Of a stretch of 64,000 bases of DNA, positions 1-12,509 are shown piece by piece. A program made the translations under genes and the position numbers. Origin of the DNA: Felis catus. Taxonomy: Eukaryota. The stretch spans positions 132,122,001 through 132,186,000 of the forward strand of contig NC_058370.1 of the NCBI RefSeq assembly GCF_018350175.1, given 5' to 3'. Each line of letters opens with the position of its first letter. Positions within the stretch are counted from its first letter, which is position 1. A model generated the notes under the pieces. It saw nothing but the letters and a program-made list of their open reading frames with translations, did no database searches and was not told where the DNA came from.

Positions 1-1285
1 TACTGGCACAAAAACAGACACTATCAATGGAACAGAATAGAGAACCCAGAAATGGACCCACAAACATATGGCCCTCTAATCTTTGACAAAGCAGGAAAGA
101 TTATCCGATAGAATAAAGACAGTCTCTTCAGCAAATGGTGGTGGAAAAACTGGACAGCAACATGCAGAGAAATGAACCTGGACCACTTTCTTACACCATA
201 TACAAAAATAAACTCAAAATGGATGAAAGACCTCAATGTAAGAAGCCATCAAAATCAAGGAGAAAGCAGGGAAAAACCTCTTCGGCTTCGGCCACAGCAA
301 CTTCTTACTCAGTATGTCTCCGGAGACAAGGGAAGCAAAAGCAAAAATGAACTATTAGGACCATCAAAATAAAAAGCTTTTGCACAAGGAAGGAAACAAT
401 TAGCAAAACTAAAAGGCAGTTGACAATTATCAAACTCAACACCGAGAAAAACAAATAACCCAGTGAAGAAATGGGCAAAAGACATGAATAGACACCTCTC
501 CAAAGAAGACATNNNNNNNNNNNNNNNNNNNNNNNNNNNNNNNNNNNNNNNNNNNNNNNNNNNNNNNNNNNNNNNNNNNNNNNNNNNNNNNNNNNNNNNN
601 NNNNNNNNNNNNNNNNNNNNNNNNNNNNNNNNNNNNNNNNNNNNNNNNNNNNNNNNNNNNNNNNNNNNNNNNNTGCACTGCTGGTGGGAATGCAAATTGG
701 TGCAGCCATTCTGGAAAACAGTATGGAGGTTCCTCAAAAAATTAATAGAACTGCCCTACAACCCAGCAATTGCACTACTAGGTATCTATCCAGGGAATAC
801 AGGTGTGCTGTTTCAAAGGGGCACATGCACCCCAATGTTTATAGCAGTACGATCAACAATAGCCAAAGGATGGAAAGAGCCCAAATGTCCATCGATGGAT
901 GAACGGATAAAGAAGATGTGATCTATATATACAATGGAGTATGACTCGGCAATCAAAGAGGATGAAGTCTTGCCATTTGCAACTACGTGGATGGAACTAG
1001 AGGGTATTATGCTAAGCAAAATTAGAGAAAGACAAATATATGACTTCCCTCATAATGAAGAATTTAAGATACAAAACTGATGAACATAAGGGAAGGGACA
1101 AAAATAATATAAAAACAGGGAGGGGGACAAAACATAAGAGACTCTTAAATATAGGGAACAGAGGGTTGCTGGAGGGATTGTGAGGGGAGATGGGCTAAAT
1201 GGGAAAGGGACATTAAGGAATCTACTCCTGAAATCACTGCTGTACTATATGCTAACTAACTTGGATGGTAATTAAAAAATTAATT
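1..1285 (+). mobile_element. LINE-1 3' end (degenerate ORF2 C-terminus + 3' UTR), carnivore/felid type, with internal deletions and an N-gap (513-673)
   Basis: ORF fragments [22 protein letters not shown] and CWWECKLVQPFWKTVWRFLKKL..PAIALLGIYP..CTPMFIA match L1 ORF2; followed by L1 3'UTR-like and A-rich end. Confidence 0.93.
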
Positions 1286-2257
1286 ACAATGAGTTGATGT
1301 TGCAAAATTGACACCCAGAGAAGTCACATCAGGGTGTATATCTGTTGATTATAGTTACTTCTTCATTCTCATCAAACTGAATATCATGATTTTATTTCCA
1401 TCTGAAGCATTGTTAGTTTTTCTCATTAGAGAGGTTAGTCATTTTAATATGTTTATCAATTACAAGATTTGTTAATATCTGATTACCAATCCATGCTGAT
1501 AAACTCAGAACAGATCCTGTATAGTGTTTGATTTGGGACTAGATGGGTTGATGAGGATGACCATAATTTGTGCTGAAAAGTATAATATAAAACAGGATAT
1601 ATAGCACATGTTAATGAAAGGAGTACCATTCATGAGAAATTTGCCTAAACAATTTATTGCGGGGTGGTGGTGCAGTCCAAGGAATGATTGTAGATGGAGA
1701 AAAGATATTTTCTTTTCAATTTCTTTTCCATTATTGAAAAGAATTTAATGCCCTCATTGTGCTAGCAGTACTTCCCTCTAAAGTTTACAGGTTTTTTTTT
1801 GTTTCTATTAAACATAGCTCCAGGGGCATATATTTAAAAAAAAGATGCTTTTTATGTACATACAATCTTCATTGAAGACTCAAAAGGTCAAAGAATGAAA
1901 TTGTTCATCAGAGTTAATACTGATAGCTTCTAGCAATGTGTGAATTCTTTTTAAGAGATTTTTAAAATAACATTTTTATTAGAGAGGCTTTGAATAACTC
2001 TTCTGTATCAAAGTTAGACCTGTGTTCGTTTTCCATCATGAAGTTGGTCATGCAGTTTTGGCCCATGCAGATGAATATTTTTACTTGAAAGCCTCATGTG
2101 TACTTTTGTTTGATACAAACTACAGAGGGAAATACATTTTCTTTTCCATGGCATTTACTATACAGTCCTTTTAATCTAGAGAGATCATATATTATAAAAT
2201 TGGCATTGCTTGTTTTTGAAAAACGCTTAAGCTTGAAACTTTTGATAAAGATATCTC

Positions 2258-2473
2258 GGGGCACCTGGGTGGCTCAGTCGGTTAAGCGGCCGACTTCGGC
2301 TCGGGTCATGGTCTTGCGGTCCGAGAGTTCGAGCCCTGCGTCGGGCTCTGTGCTGACAGCTCAGAGCCTGGAGCCTGTTTCGGATTCTGTGTCTCCCTCT
2401 CTCTGACCCTCTCCTGTTCATGCTCTGTCTCTCCCTGTCTCAAAAATAAATAAAACGTTAAAAAAATTTTTTT
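2258..2473 (+). mobile_element. Can-SINE (felid SINEC_Fc-like), full length
   Basis: GGGGCACCTGGGTGGCTCAGTCGGTTAAGC head, CT-rich linker, AATAAA/A tail; TSD AAGATATCTC at 2248-2257 and 2474-2483. Confidence 0.95.
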
Positions 2474-2574
2474 AAGATATCTCAAAGTCATTTGTGATCC
2501 TTATTTTGATCCTTGTCAAGATAAGAGTTATTTTTTTTTGTTTTTTTCATAATCTTTTTATAATACAGTCTTAA

Positions 2575-2751
<177 letters not shown>

Positions 2752-3420
2752 TAATAAGCATGTTTGATATTCTTAATGATACTACTTTTAAATTGGGAGG
2801 TTTCATTTCAAATTTGTTCTGTGGCAATATTCATAACTAAATTAATGTTCCTCAATATCTTAAACTAATTTGTATTTATTAGCAATATTTCTTAATACTT
2901 TTATAATAGATTTCTTAATTTGGCACATTTTTTATGAATCCAAATAACTTTCAGAATCAGGGAAGTAGCCTTGAATTTGAATGAGTTTGAATTAATAAAT
3001 CACTATATGGAGAGCACACTTTGATGAATACTAGAATAAGCATAGTAATTCATTTTAACTTTATATATTTTTGACATTAATTCATTTTAAGAGTAAGAAA
3101 TATTTTACTTACAGAGTATAAAAAGCTGAAGACTGAAGAATGTATGTGCAAGTTACTGCTGCTTTCAATTTTAGTACCTATAATAATACCATATTCCTCT
3201 CCTTGTTTAGTAGATTTATCTATAGATAAAGCTGATCTGATATAGTAATAAATAGTTAATAAGGTTTTCATTTTTTGAAATGATAAAATGTAAACCATGT
3301 TACCAAAATTTTCTATGGTAAATCATAATGTTATTGATTAGTTATATATTATTAATATGTCATGTGCTGGTATCACACAATCACATATTGTAATTGATAT
3401 AAAACAATCTGGGTGGCTAG

Positions 3421-3801
<381 letters not shown>

Positions 3802-3953
3802 TGAATGCAAGGCACTGTTCTGTATTCTTTGGGGGATATAGAGTAAGACCAAATACGTATTTTTGAAGGAACTTATCAACTAATGAGGGATATAAGAGAA
3901 TAATATAGTCGTAATGAAGGGTAGAATGTGATATTTGCCTTATGAAAGGTACT

Positions 3954-4430
3954 GGGCCACCTGGGTGGCTCAGTTGGTTCAGTGTCTGACTTTGGCTCAG
4001 GTCATGATTTCATAGTTTGTGAGTTCGAGCCCAATCAGGCTTGCTGCTGTCACACAGAGCCAGCTTCGGATCTTCTGTTCCCCGCCCCCGCCCCCCCGCC
4101 CCCCCGCCCCCCGCTGTGCCTGCTGCTCCCCTGCTCTCTCTCCCTCTCTCTCATAAATAAATCTTGGGGCACCTGGGTTGCTCAGTCAGTTGAGCATCCA
4201 GCTTCAGCTCAGGCCATGATCTCACAGTTTGTGAGTTTGAGCCCTTCATCGGGCTCTCTGCTGTCAGCACAGAACCTGCTTCACTTCAAATCCTCCGTAC
4301 CCCTTTCTCTCTCTGCCCCTCCCCAGCTCACGCTCGCGCTCTCTCTCTCTCTCTCTCTCAAAAAAAAAAAAAAAAACCAAAAAAAAAAAAAACAACATTA
4401 AAAAATACATACATTTAAAAAAGGAAAAAA
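3954..4430 (+). mobile_element. Two tandem Can-SINEs (~3954-4162 and ~4166-4430)
   Basis: Two SINE heads, each with CT linker and A tail; flanking GAAAGGTAC/GAAAGGCAC near-TSD. Confidence 0.9.
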
Positions 4431-4962
4431 AGAAAGGCACCAAAATATCTGAGGTGGTTCAAATAGAATGATTCTGAAGAAAAATAAAAGTCACATCTTT
4501 GGGGTGAGGGTACGAAGTCAGGTAAGACCTCAGGGAAGGGGTGGCATTTGTAAAAACAAGAAAGGGTTTTGAGTGGCCGAGATGTGGGGAGGTTAGGTGA
4601 CAGTTGTGGGCAGGTGAACCATGGAAGCCAAAGTGTGGTGTGTTAGCACGCGTTGGGACAGAGTAGCGTGGTCCTAGGGCTCAAACACAAAGTGCTTATT
4701 GCTGTATTTTGATCATTTGGAAGACCTAATGAGATTGCGAATGTTTTGCCTACAATCTCTCCTTGTAGCACAGAGCCTGGCACAAGACCAGTAAATACTG
4801 ATTGCAGTGAGTATTGGGTGTAAAGATTAAAAATTGTTGGAGTTAAGCAGCAGGTGATTATTGTGTGCTATACTGAGGGACTTTTGACTTTGACACGTAG
4901 CGAGGCATTAAAGACATTGGAGAAACATATTTGAGAAACTTGGTACTTCCATGTATGGAATG

Positions 4963-5081
4963 GTAGGGGTGACCAACCATTATGGTTTGCCCAGGACCGA
5001 GGGGCTTCCTGGGATGTGACCAGGGACTTTCATGCTGAAACTGAGAAAATTCTAGGTAGACCAGGATGAGTTGGACACCCT
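4963..5081. mobile_element. MER81-like hAT MITE
   Basis: Inverted termini TAGGGGTGACCAAC...GTTGGACACCCTG and internal GGTTTGCCCAGGAC resemble the MER81 consensus as recalled. Confidence 0.65.
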
Positions 5082-5560
5082 GCCAACGGTAGTACTCTCA
5101 AAACTCTTGTCATGCTCACCGAGATGAGGATATGAGTGCCTGGAGAAACCCAAGCATATTTATAGGCAGTGAGGAAGGACCCAGTTAAAGTGAGATACTG
5201 ATATTTAAATAGAAGTGATGACTTATGTATTAAGACCTGGGAATCAAGAGATGTTATCTTTGAAAAGGTGGAGAGGGGTCTCTTTTTTAGAAGATATCTA
5301 GATAAGATAGTTCTAGGAACTCAAAATGAGATGAAGACTAGAACATCAGATAAGAGGGGGGGGCAGAACAAGTGCAGCATTTTAAATTATTGAGAATGAT
5401 ATAAATGTCTAAAGGGGGAAAACAGTGCTTCATTTAAAATATGTTGAAGTAAAAAAGAGAAATCTTTGTGGTTGGAGTTTAATTATGAGAATAATTTGGG
5501 GATATTAGAAAATGGATTAAAATGACATGCAAAGAATTTATCTCCTGTGTTTCCCTCTAG

Positions 5561-5621
5561 GTTATTAAGTGACTCTCCATCTTGCAGAGAAAATGATTCA
5601 ATACAGTCAAGGAAAAATGAA
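5561..5621 (+). CDS. ROCK2: ROCK2 exon 10 (LLSDSPSCRENDSIQSRKNE)
   Basis: ccctctag|G...GAA|gtatgt. Confidence 0.96.
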
Positions 5622-6218
5622 GTATGTACAAATGTTTACTATTTAGTCACATGTTCGACTAATTTAGTAATATCCATGTGTTTAAAAAGTTCATTTGATG
5701 CTACTTTTTGAACCATTTTCTGGTGTTCTTTTTTGTAATACAGTTCACAAAACATTGAGATGATGGATTTATTTGACAGGTAGTATTGTGGAAGATAGGT
5801 GGCTAGTAAAAAGATGAATTAAACATAGCTTTTAGGCATAGTTTTAATAGCAAAAAAGTGATAGGTTTATAAACATCTACAATCTCAGAAAATTTTATAA
5901 TCTTAGTACTCTAAAAGAATATAGATAATAAGCTATAAGGGTACAGAAATTGTGGAGAAATTAATATTTTGAGTGGGAATGAATTCAAACAAAGGTTAAT
6001 TTTATCAAACTAACAATATTTTGCAGCCTCTATAATTTGTAACCATACACAAAAGTAAATCGTGCGCACGCATACACGTTAATGAGGATGCTAACATTTT
6101 CTCCTTAAAATTTATAGAAAGTAAAAAGATTGGTTAGATAATTTTGGCGTGATTTATTTTAGGAATTTTATAAAGCATGCATACATTTTAGATTTCCTTT
6201 TTGTTTTGTTTTAAATAG

Positions 6219-6230
6219 GAAAGCCAAGAG
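6219..6230 (+). CDS. ROCK2: ROCK2 exon 11, 12-nt microexon (ESQE)
   Basis: T-rich tract, aaatag|GAAAGCCAAGAG|gtatgt; supplies the ESQE of ...RKNE-ESQE-IQKKLY. Confidence 0.94.
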
Positions 6231-6649
6231 GTATGTTGATGTCACTTATGTTGAAAAACTGAGAAAAACACATCCCTCTGACAATGTTTTGATAGAGCCA
6301 TTTTCCACCTAGCATTTGGAGTGCTACATCTACTTAAGAGAGAAGTTCCCAGCCTTGTTTCTACCAAGTATTTCTTTTATTATTGCCCCTATGGATTTAT
6401 TGTTTAAGTATCTATTATGTAATTTTCTTATTTTTATTTATTAAGGATATATAACTGATAGTAAGAATTTTGAATGAACAAGTGAAAATAAGCGTGATCA
6501 AATTATACTAATGTAATAATAGCCAAAAGTAGTTAAACATGACTTGTTCATTGGCCTGTGTGTTCTTATTAGGGAAAAATGATAGTTTTGCTTAAGATGT
6601 ATAAAATATTTAAGAAACCATGAGTTTCTTAAAGAAACCTAATCACTAG

Positions 6650-6870
6650 AAAGAATATTGGCCTTGGAATCTAATAGACTTGGATTGATTTTTTGGCACA
6701 GCCACTTATTAGCTAAGCCATCTAGAGAGTTACTCACCTTTTTTGAGGTTCAGTTTCTTTATTGAGTACATACAACACTACCTACCACCTTTTTAGGGTT
6801 GTTGTTAGGGTTGTTGAGACAGTATTTGTAAAGTGCCTAACATGGTACCTAAGGCATAAAAGGCACTCAA
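6650..6870. mobile_element. MIR-like SINE relic
   Basis: Degenerate GCCACTTATTAGCT...TTACTCACCT...CAGTTTCTT...TAGGGTTGTTG...GTAAAGTGCCTAACATGGTACCT core. Confidence 0.6.
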
Positions 6871-6950
6871 AAAGTTGAGCCCTTTATGAAGGTAATGATG
6901 CTCCAAAAATGGATTATTTAGTACGTAATATAATTGCAGTTGGTTTAAAG

Positions 6951-7055
6951 ATCAACATATCTGGCCTAGAAGAAGATGTAAAGCATGGCAAGGAAATGAC
7001 TTATAATCAATTAGCCGTCATTCCTGGAAGACTTACTGACCGTAACTCCTTATAG
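6951..7055 (+). pseudogene. Degenerate intronic copy of ROCK2 exon 17 (pseudo-exon; INISGLEEDVKHGKEMTYNQLAVIPGRLTDRNSL*)
   Basis: 6957-6991 matches 9589-9623 at 32/35 nt with the first 20 nt identical; weaker downstream match RLTD vs RFTD. Confidence 0.75.
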
Positions 7056-7537
7056 TAGTGTTCCCGGCACTGTGTAGAAAGATATAAAGAAGAACTTAAA
7101 TTCTCATTTTTAAGAGAAGTAATGTATTTTTGAGCAAGTGCAGTTAAATATTCCAAATATTTGTTTCAAATATAGACCTTTTCATCTTGTAAGTACACTG
7201 TGTGACAGTATTTTTACATAAATAATCTGCAGAAGAACAGTGGAGCATATCAGAGGGTATCCTTTATTCATAATGAATGAGAGACTTGGCGTCATAGAAG
7301 AATTCTGCCAAGATTAGAGCGTCTCACTCGTATATTTACGTAATGTTTATATACATAGAAAGCAAGAGATGGAGAATTTTTTCCTTATGTTGGTAAAAGT
7401 CACATTAAGAAGGTACAAAAACTGTACCTGTAAAGGATCTTATATGAAGCTTAAAAAACAGCTTATCCTTCTCTTTAAGCCTCTCATATTTTAAATGTGA
7501 CCAAAATTTATAATTGTAGTTTCTTGTTTCCGGACAG

Positions 7538-7617
7538 ATTCAGAAAAAACTATACACGTTAGAAGAACACCTTAGCACTGAGATACAAGCCAAAGAAGAA
7601 TTAGAGCAGAAGTGCAA
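7538..7617 (+). CDS. ROCK2: ROCK2 exon 12 (IQKKLYTLEEHLSTEIQAKEELEQKCK)
   Basis: gacag|ATT...AA|gtatgt. Confidence 0.96.
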
Positions 7618-7768
7618 GTATGTTGTTTAGATAACGAAATGTTGTCTTTTAAAATTTAAGTTCAAACGTTTTACCAAAAAGGAAGAGTTATAATTATATG
7701 ATCATCTTTGAATTTATACTAAGTAAATGTTTTTATTGTAAATCACTGTTTCTTTTGAAATCCTTTAG

Positions 7769-7817
7769 ATCTGTTAATACTCGCCTTGAGAAGGTAGCAA
7801 AGGAGCTAGAAGAGGAG
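7769..7817 (+). CDS. ROCK2: ROCK2 exon 13 (SVNTRLEKVAKELEEE)
   Basis: tttag|A...GAG|gtaaag. Confidence 0.96.
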
Positions 7818-8412
7818 GTAAAGTTGCTGTATGCTTTTCATTAAAAGTTTTGTTTGCTACAAGTTGTGATGCCTGCCTTCCCTGCAGGGAGTTGTCTTAG
7901 AACCATATTAACACCCATCTTGATATATAGTAAGACCCACCTTATGTTGCACTGGCGAACAGGTTACAGGATAACCTTGGTGATAAGCCTCATTTTGTTA
8001 TGGGTTTGCAAACTTGAGTGAATTTAGAATGTGTAGATACTTCACGTAAAAAAAATTTGCATTTGTGTCAGTTACTTGGCTTAACAACAGAAAGTGACCA
8101 TTGTTTCTTCTTTTAAATTTCTGTTCCTAACATTTCAGATCTATAGTTTATATTAAGTGAAGATGGTTCAGTGGTAATGGAAGTTACGGAAAGTTTGACT
8201 TTCAGTAGTAAACCATTAACAGTATGGTCTTAATAATTTAAGAGAGGTGTGCTATTTTGAAAGTAATGGAAAACGTTACTGTAAGTTTTAACAAAACAGC
8301 AGTTACAGCCTTTTTTAAAGTTCTTTTTTATCTGCTTGAAATACTAAAATAGTGTTTTCATTTGATTTTTATACATACTTTCCTTTGATAGTAACTTTAA
8401 GCATTATTTCAG

Positions 8413-8548
8413 ATTACCTTAAGGAAAAATGTGGAATCAGCATTAAGACAATTAGAAAGAGAAAAGGCACTTCTTCAGCACAAAAATGCAGAATATCAGC
8501 GGAAAGCTGATCACGAAGCAGACAAGAAACGAAATTTGGAAAACGATG
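8413..8548 (+). CDS. ROCK2: ROCK2 exon 14 (ITLRKNVESALRQLE...KRNLEND)
   Basis: ttcag|ATT...G|gtttgt; part of ORF 8431..8778. Confidence 0.96.
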
Positions 8549-8653
8549 GTTTGTGGTGTAGAATATTAAATACTTACCAAGAAAAAAAATTAAATGTGTA
8601 TGTACGTGTGTGTTGTCGAAGCTTGCCACTGAAATGCTTTTTTTTAATCACAG

Positions 8654-8745
8654 TTAACAGTTTAAAGGATCAACTTGAAGATTTGAAAAAAAGGAATCAG
8701 AACTCTCAAATATCCACTGAGAAAGTAAATCAACTCCAGAGACAA
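8654..8745 (+). CDS. ROCK2: ROCK2 exon 15 (VNSLKDQLEDLKKRNQNSQISTEKVNQLQRQ)
   Basis: cacag|TT...CAA|gtaggt. Confidence 0.96.
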
Positions 8746-8978
8746 GTAGGTCAATCTCCATTTGTAATAGGATATTGAATTTTCTTGATGATAACTTACT
8801 AATTTTAATTGGAAATGTTACAGAAAGGCCTTTGCCTCTGATTTTAAAGGGAAATCATTAGGAAACTATTTTGAGGTTTGTTTCTTACTTTAGTTTGTAA
8901 CAGGCTGATAAACAGAAGTATTTTCATCATATACACTCGTGTTTGTTGTTGTCTGTTTGATTTTGAATGGAATAACAG

Positions 8979-9225
8979 CTGGATGAAACCAATGCTTTGC
9001 TGAGAACAGAATCTGATACTGCAGCCCGATTAAGAAAAACCCAGGCAGAAAGTACAAAACAGATTCAGCAGCTGGAATCTAACAATAGAGATCTTCAAGA
9101 TAAAAATTGTCTGCTGGAGACTGCCAAGTTAAAACTTGAAAAGGACTTTATCAATCTTCAGTCAGTTCTAGAATCTGAAAGGAGGGACCGAACCCACGGA
9201 TCAGAGATAATTAATGACTTACAAG
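8979..9225 (+). CDS. ROCK2: ROCK2 exon 16 (LDETNALLRTESDTAARLRK...GSEIINDLQ)
   Basis: aacag|CTG...G|gtatta; ORF 8997..9239. Confidence 0.97.
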
Positions 9226-9583
9226 GTATTATAAAGTAGAGATTGCACTTGAATTCATCTTGATGATTTATATTTCGGAAATAACTTTAGATGATGGATG
9301 TATGTGCTGGAATAGCACATTTCTGAATATACTACTCTGTTATGTGAAGCATAACATACGGAATGCATTGATAGAAAATTTTATGAATAGAAGGTTTGCT
9401 TTCAAATAGTGTGAAATATTTTAAATTACCAAAAACCACCTCCCAAAGTGACGGTTTGGGTTCCAGTTGACTTAGCCATAAAGCACTCTACCAACAATTA
9501 TGAAACTTCTCAAAAATTTTTATTCTTAATTTAACATATATATACTTTGTGGGCTTATTGTTTTTAAAATGTTGCAATTTTAG

Positions 9584-9690
9584 GTAGAATATCTGGCCTA
9601 GAAGAAGACTTAAAGAATGGCAAAATCTTACTAGCAAAAGTAGAGATGGAGAAGAGACAACTACAGGAGAGATTTACTGATTTGGAAAAG
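9584..9690 (+). CDS. ROCK2: ROCK2 exon 17 (GRISGLEEDLKNGKILLAKVEMEKRQLQERFTDLEK)
   Basis: tttag|GT...AAG|gtaaaa. Confidence 0.96.
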
Positions 9691-10045
9691 GTAAAACATG
9701 TTCAGCTTTATATTTTGTAGGAAAATGACAAAGAGTTTTAGATTGGAAAACTTAACTCTAAAATAAGGGGTATCGGTATGGTTTCAGTGGAGGTTTCTCC
9801 CTAGGGACCCAAGGAAAACTTAGATTTTGACTACAACGTATCTTTAAAACGATAGAAAGTTACAATGGCTTTTGGCATTGAAAAGTTTTTCTTTAAAACT
9901 TCTGTAAGCCAGGGATGATTTTTAGGTTGTGTGCAGTTAAGGTGTTATTTTTGTTCACTTGTCCATTCTTTCAAGTATTTAATGTTATCATCTGTGGTAG
10001 AAATCTCAGGATGCAGTCTTTGCTTGCCTTTAACAGCCCCACAGT

Positions 10046-10163
10046 GGGGCCTCCCGGCTGTCTCAGACGGTAGAGCATGTGACTCTTGATCTCTAGGTCA
10101 TGAGTTCAAGCCCCCACGTTGGACGTGGAGCCTACTTAAAAAAAATAATAAATTAAAAAAAAA
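10046..10163 (+). mobile_element. Short, older Can-SINE (tRNA-derived head + A tail)
   Basis: GGCTGTCTCAGACGGTAGAGCATGTGACTCTTGATCT...GAGCCTACTTAAAAAA. Confidence 0.8.
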
Positions 10164-10425
10164 TACGATCTAAGGAGTAGTACCTAAAGTCACTAATAAA
10201 GTACACAGATAATTCTAACACAGCGTGGTAAACAGACTACTCGAAGAATGGACAGGGTATATTGGACGCACAGGACGAAGGCCTAATCTGACAGGGCAGG
10301 ATTGGTGGGCAGGGCAAAGGCACATTCTGAGTTGGGCAGGACAGCAGGAGCAAAAGTACAAGATGGGAAATAGAAAAGGCACAGCTGGTTTATTTAACGC
10401 TAACTGCTCGATAGTTCTGGAGTAT

Positions 10426-10615
10426 AGAGCAGGGGTCAACAGATTTTAATCTTTTAAGCAAAAGACAATGAATGCTTTAGGCTTTGAGGGCCATATAATC
10501 TGTTGCAACTCAGCTCTGCTGCAATACGTAAAGGAATGGGTGTAGCTGTGTTCCAGTGAAATGTTATAAAAATAGACATCAGGCCAAAATGCACCTGAAG
10601 ACTGCAGTGTGGTTC
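10426..10615. mobile_element. MER58-like hAT-Charlie fossil
   Basis: CAGGGGTCAAC...TTTAGGCTTTGAGGGCCATA...GCAACTCAGCTCTGC...GCTGTGTTCCAGTGAAA resembles MER58A. Confidence 0.6.
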
Positions 10616-11327
10616 TCATGTCAAGTGTGAGGAATTCACTGACCAGAATGAGCTACAGACCTAGGCATGAGCTGGATCATGTGAGAGTTTGAATATTCTG
10701 TTAAACTTAATTTCTCTAGGCAACAGACCCAGCCACTGAAGGGCTTTAAATTAGATGCTCTTTTTAGACATACATTTAAGATAGATCGTCGTGTTCCATG
10801 TGTGGAGAATAAATTTGAGGAGGACAAGATAAGAGGGGGGGAGACTAGTCAGAGACGTTTTCAGTAACTCAGATGATGGAGACTTAACTGGTACGGTGGT
10901 TAAAAGGATGGAAAATGGGGGTGAATCTGAGAAATATCTGGAGATAGAATATTTGGTAGCACTTAGTGATGGCTCAGATAAGGCATATGTGTGGTATTTA
11001 AGGAGGACTTCTAGGCTCTTACATGGTGACAAGATATATAATGGTAACAGTAATTCATAAAGAATAAAGGGGAGAGAAGAATGAAGGGAAATAGCTCTTT
11101 CAGAAGAAATGATGACAAAATCTATTTTAGTCCTAAGTTTGAGGTGCCTTAGGATGTTCGTAAAGGAGTAAACTATGTTGAAGCTAGAAATGTTTGAGAG
11201 TCATTGGTACAGAAGTAGCTGAAGCTGCGTGAATGCAAGAGCCTATCTCGGAAAAGATTGTTTAGAGCAATGGTTTTTCAGGGCAGAGTTGATTCTTCTG
11301 TTGTTGGATTGAAAAACCTCATTTTTA

Positions 11328-11628
11328 GGCGCTCCTGGGTGGCTCAGTTGGTTAAGCATCTGACTCTTGATTTTGGCTCAAGTCATGATCTCAACAGTTA
11401 GTGAGCTCAAGCCCCGCCTTGGGCTCTGCCCTGACCGTGTAGAGCCTGCTTGGGATTCATTCTCTCCCTCTCCCCCTCCCTCTCTCCCTCTCTCCCTCTC
11501 TCCCTCTCTCCCTCTCTCCCTCTCTCCCTCTCTCCCTCTCTCCCTCCCCCTCCCCCACTTTTCTGCCCCTACTCTGCGCATGCTCACTTGCTGTCTCTCT
11601 CAAAATAAACTTACAAAAAGAAAAAAAT
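11328..11628 (+). mobile_element. Can-SINE with expanded (CTCTCCCT)n linker
   Basis: SINE head, C/T tandem array ~11460-11555, AATAAA/A tail. Confidence 0.9.
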
Positions 11629-12349
11629 CATTTTCAGTATTAAGGATTTATTTGAAAAACAAAAGAAATATTTACATATATGATACAAACTATAGAAACA
11701 AAGAATTAGAAAATCTTTTGAGGATATAGAGAAAATAGATTGACTTCTATTATTAAAGTGTCCCAACTTAAAACAAGTCTCCTATGTGGAATATCAGGGT
11801 AAATGGTAGAGGATCCTGAAAATTTGTCGTCAGATACAGCAAAGGGAAATATTAGATAGGTTTTAAAGGTGAGAAATAATGATATAGAAGCTTGAAGTGG
11901 CTGAAGAGCGCCACCTCCAGAGAAGACCAGCATTTAAGGAATAGCTGGGGGGAAACTTCATAGGTGACAGAAAAGATGAGAACAGGAAGTGGGGAGCCAA
12001 GTGAGTGCACTCAGGTATGTCAAGGAAATAGTTTCAGGGCAACAGTGAGTCAAAATGGGGTAACTACTGAAAAGTGTTTGTCGAATCTGGTGGTGAGAAT
12101 ATCATGTGTTACTTCATTGAGATCACACACTCTCAGTGCAGATCTCCAAATGGTAGGGTGGAGGGATGGGGCTGTAGGTTCAGCAGGAGGTGAACAGGTG
12201 GATTCCGTGGATCATTGTTACAAGAAGTTTGAGTGAAGGGGGGAGGGAAAGTATTGAACATTCTTCGCTTGTAAAAAACAGCTTTATCAGTTTTTGAAAT
12301 TGTGAGCCAGTCTTTTTTGTTGATCGCTGCTATTCTAAATCTTTAATAG

Positions 12350-12509
12350 GAAAAGAACAACATGGAAATAGATATGACATACCAACTAAAAGTTATACAG
12401 CAGAGCTTAGAACAAGAAGAAGCTGAGCATAAGGCTACGAAAGCACGGCTGGCAGATAAAAATAAAATTTATGAATCCATTGAAGAAGCAAAATCAGAAG
12501 CCATGAAAG
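12350..12509 (+). CDS. ROCK2: ROCK2 exon 18 (EKNNMEIDMTYQLK...KNKIYESIEEAKSEAMK)
   Basis: aatag|GAA...G|gtatgc. Confidence 0.97.

Noticed and set aside
2098-2491. Recurring peptides such as GTWVAQSVKRPTSAQVMI
   Set aside because: Translations of Can-SINE copies, not genes
10046-10140. tRNA-like sequence (also at ~44230)
   Set aside because: tRNA-derived SINE head with A tail, not a tRNA gene
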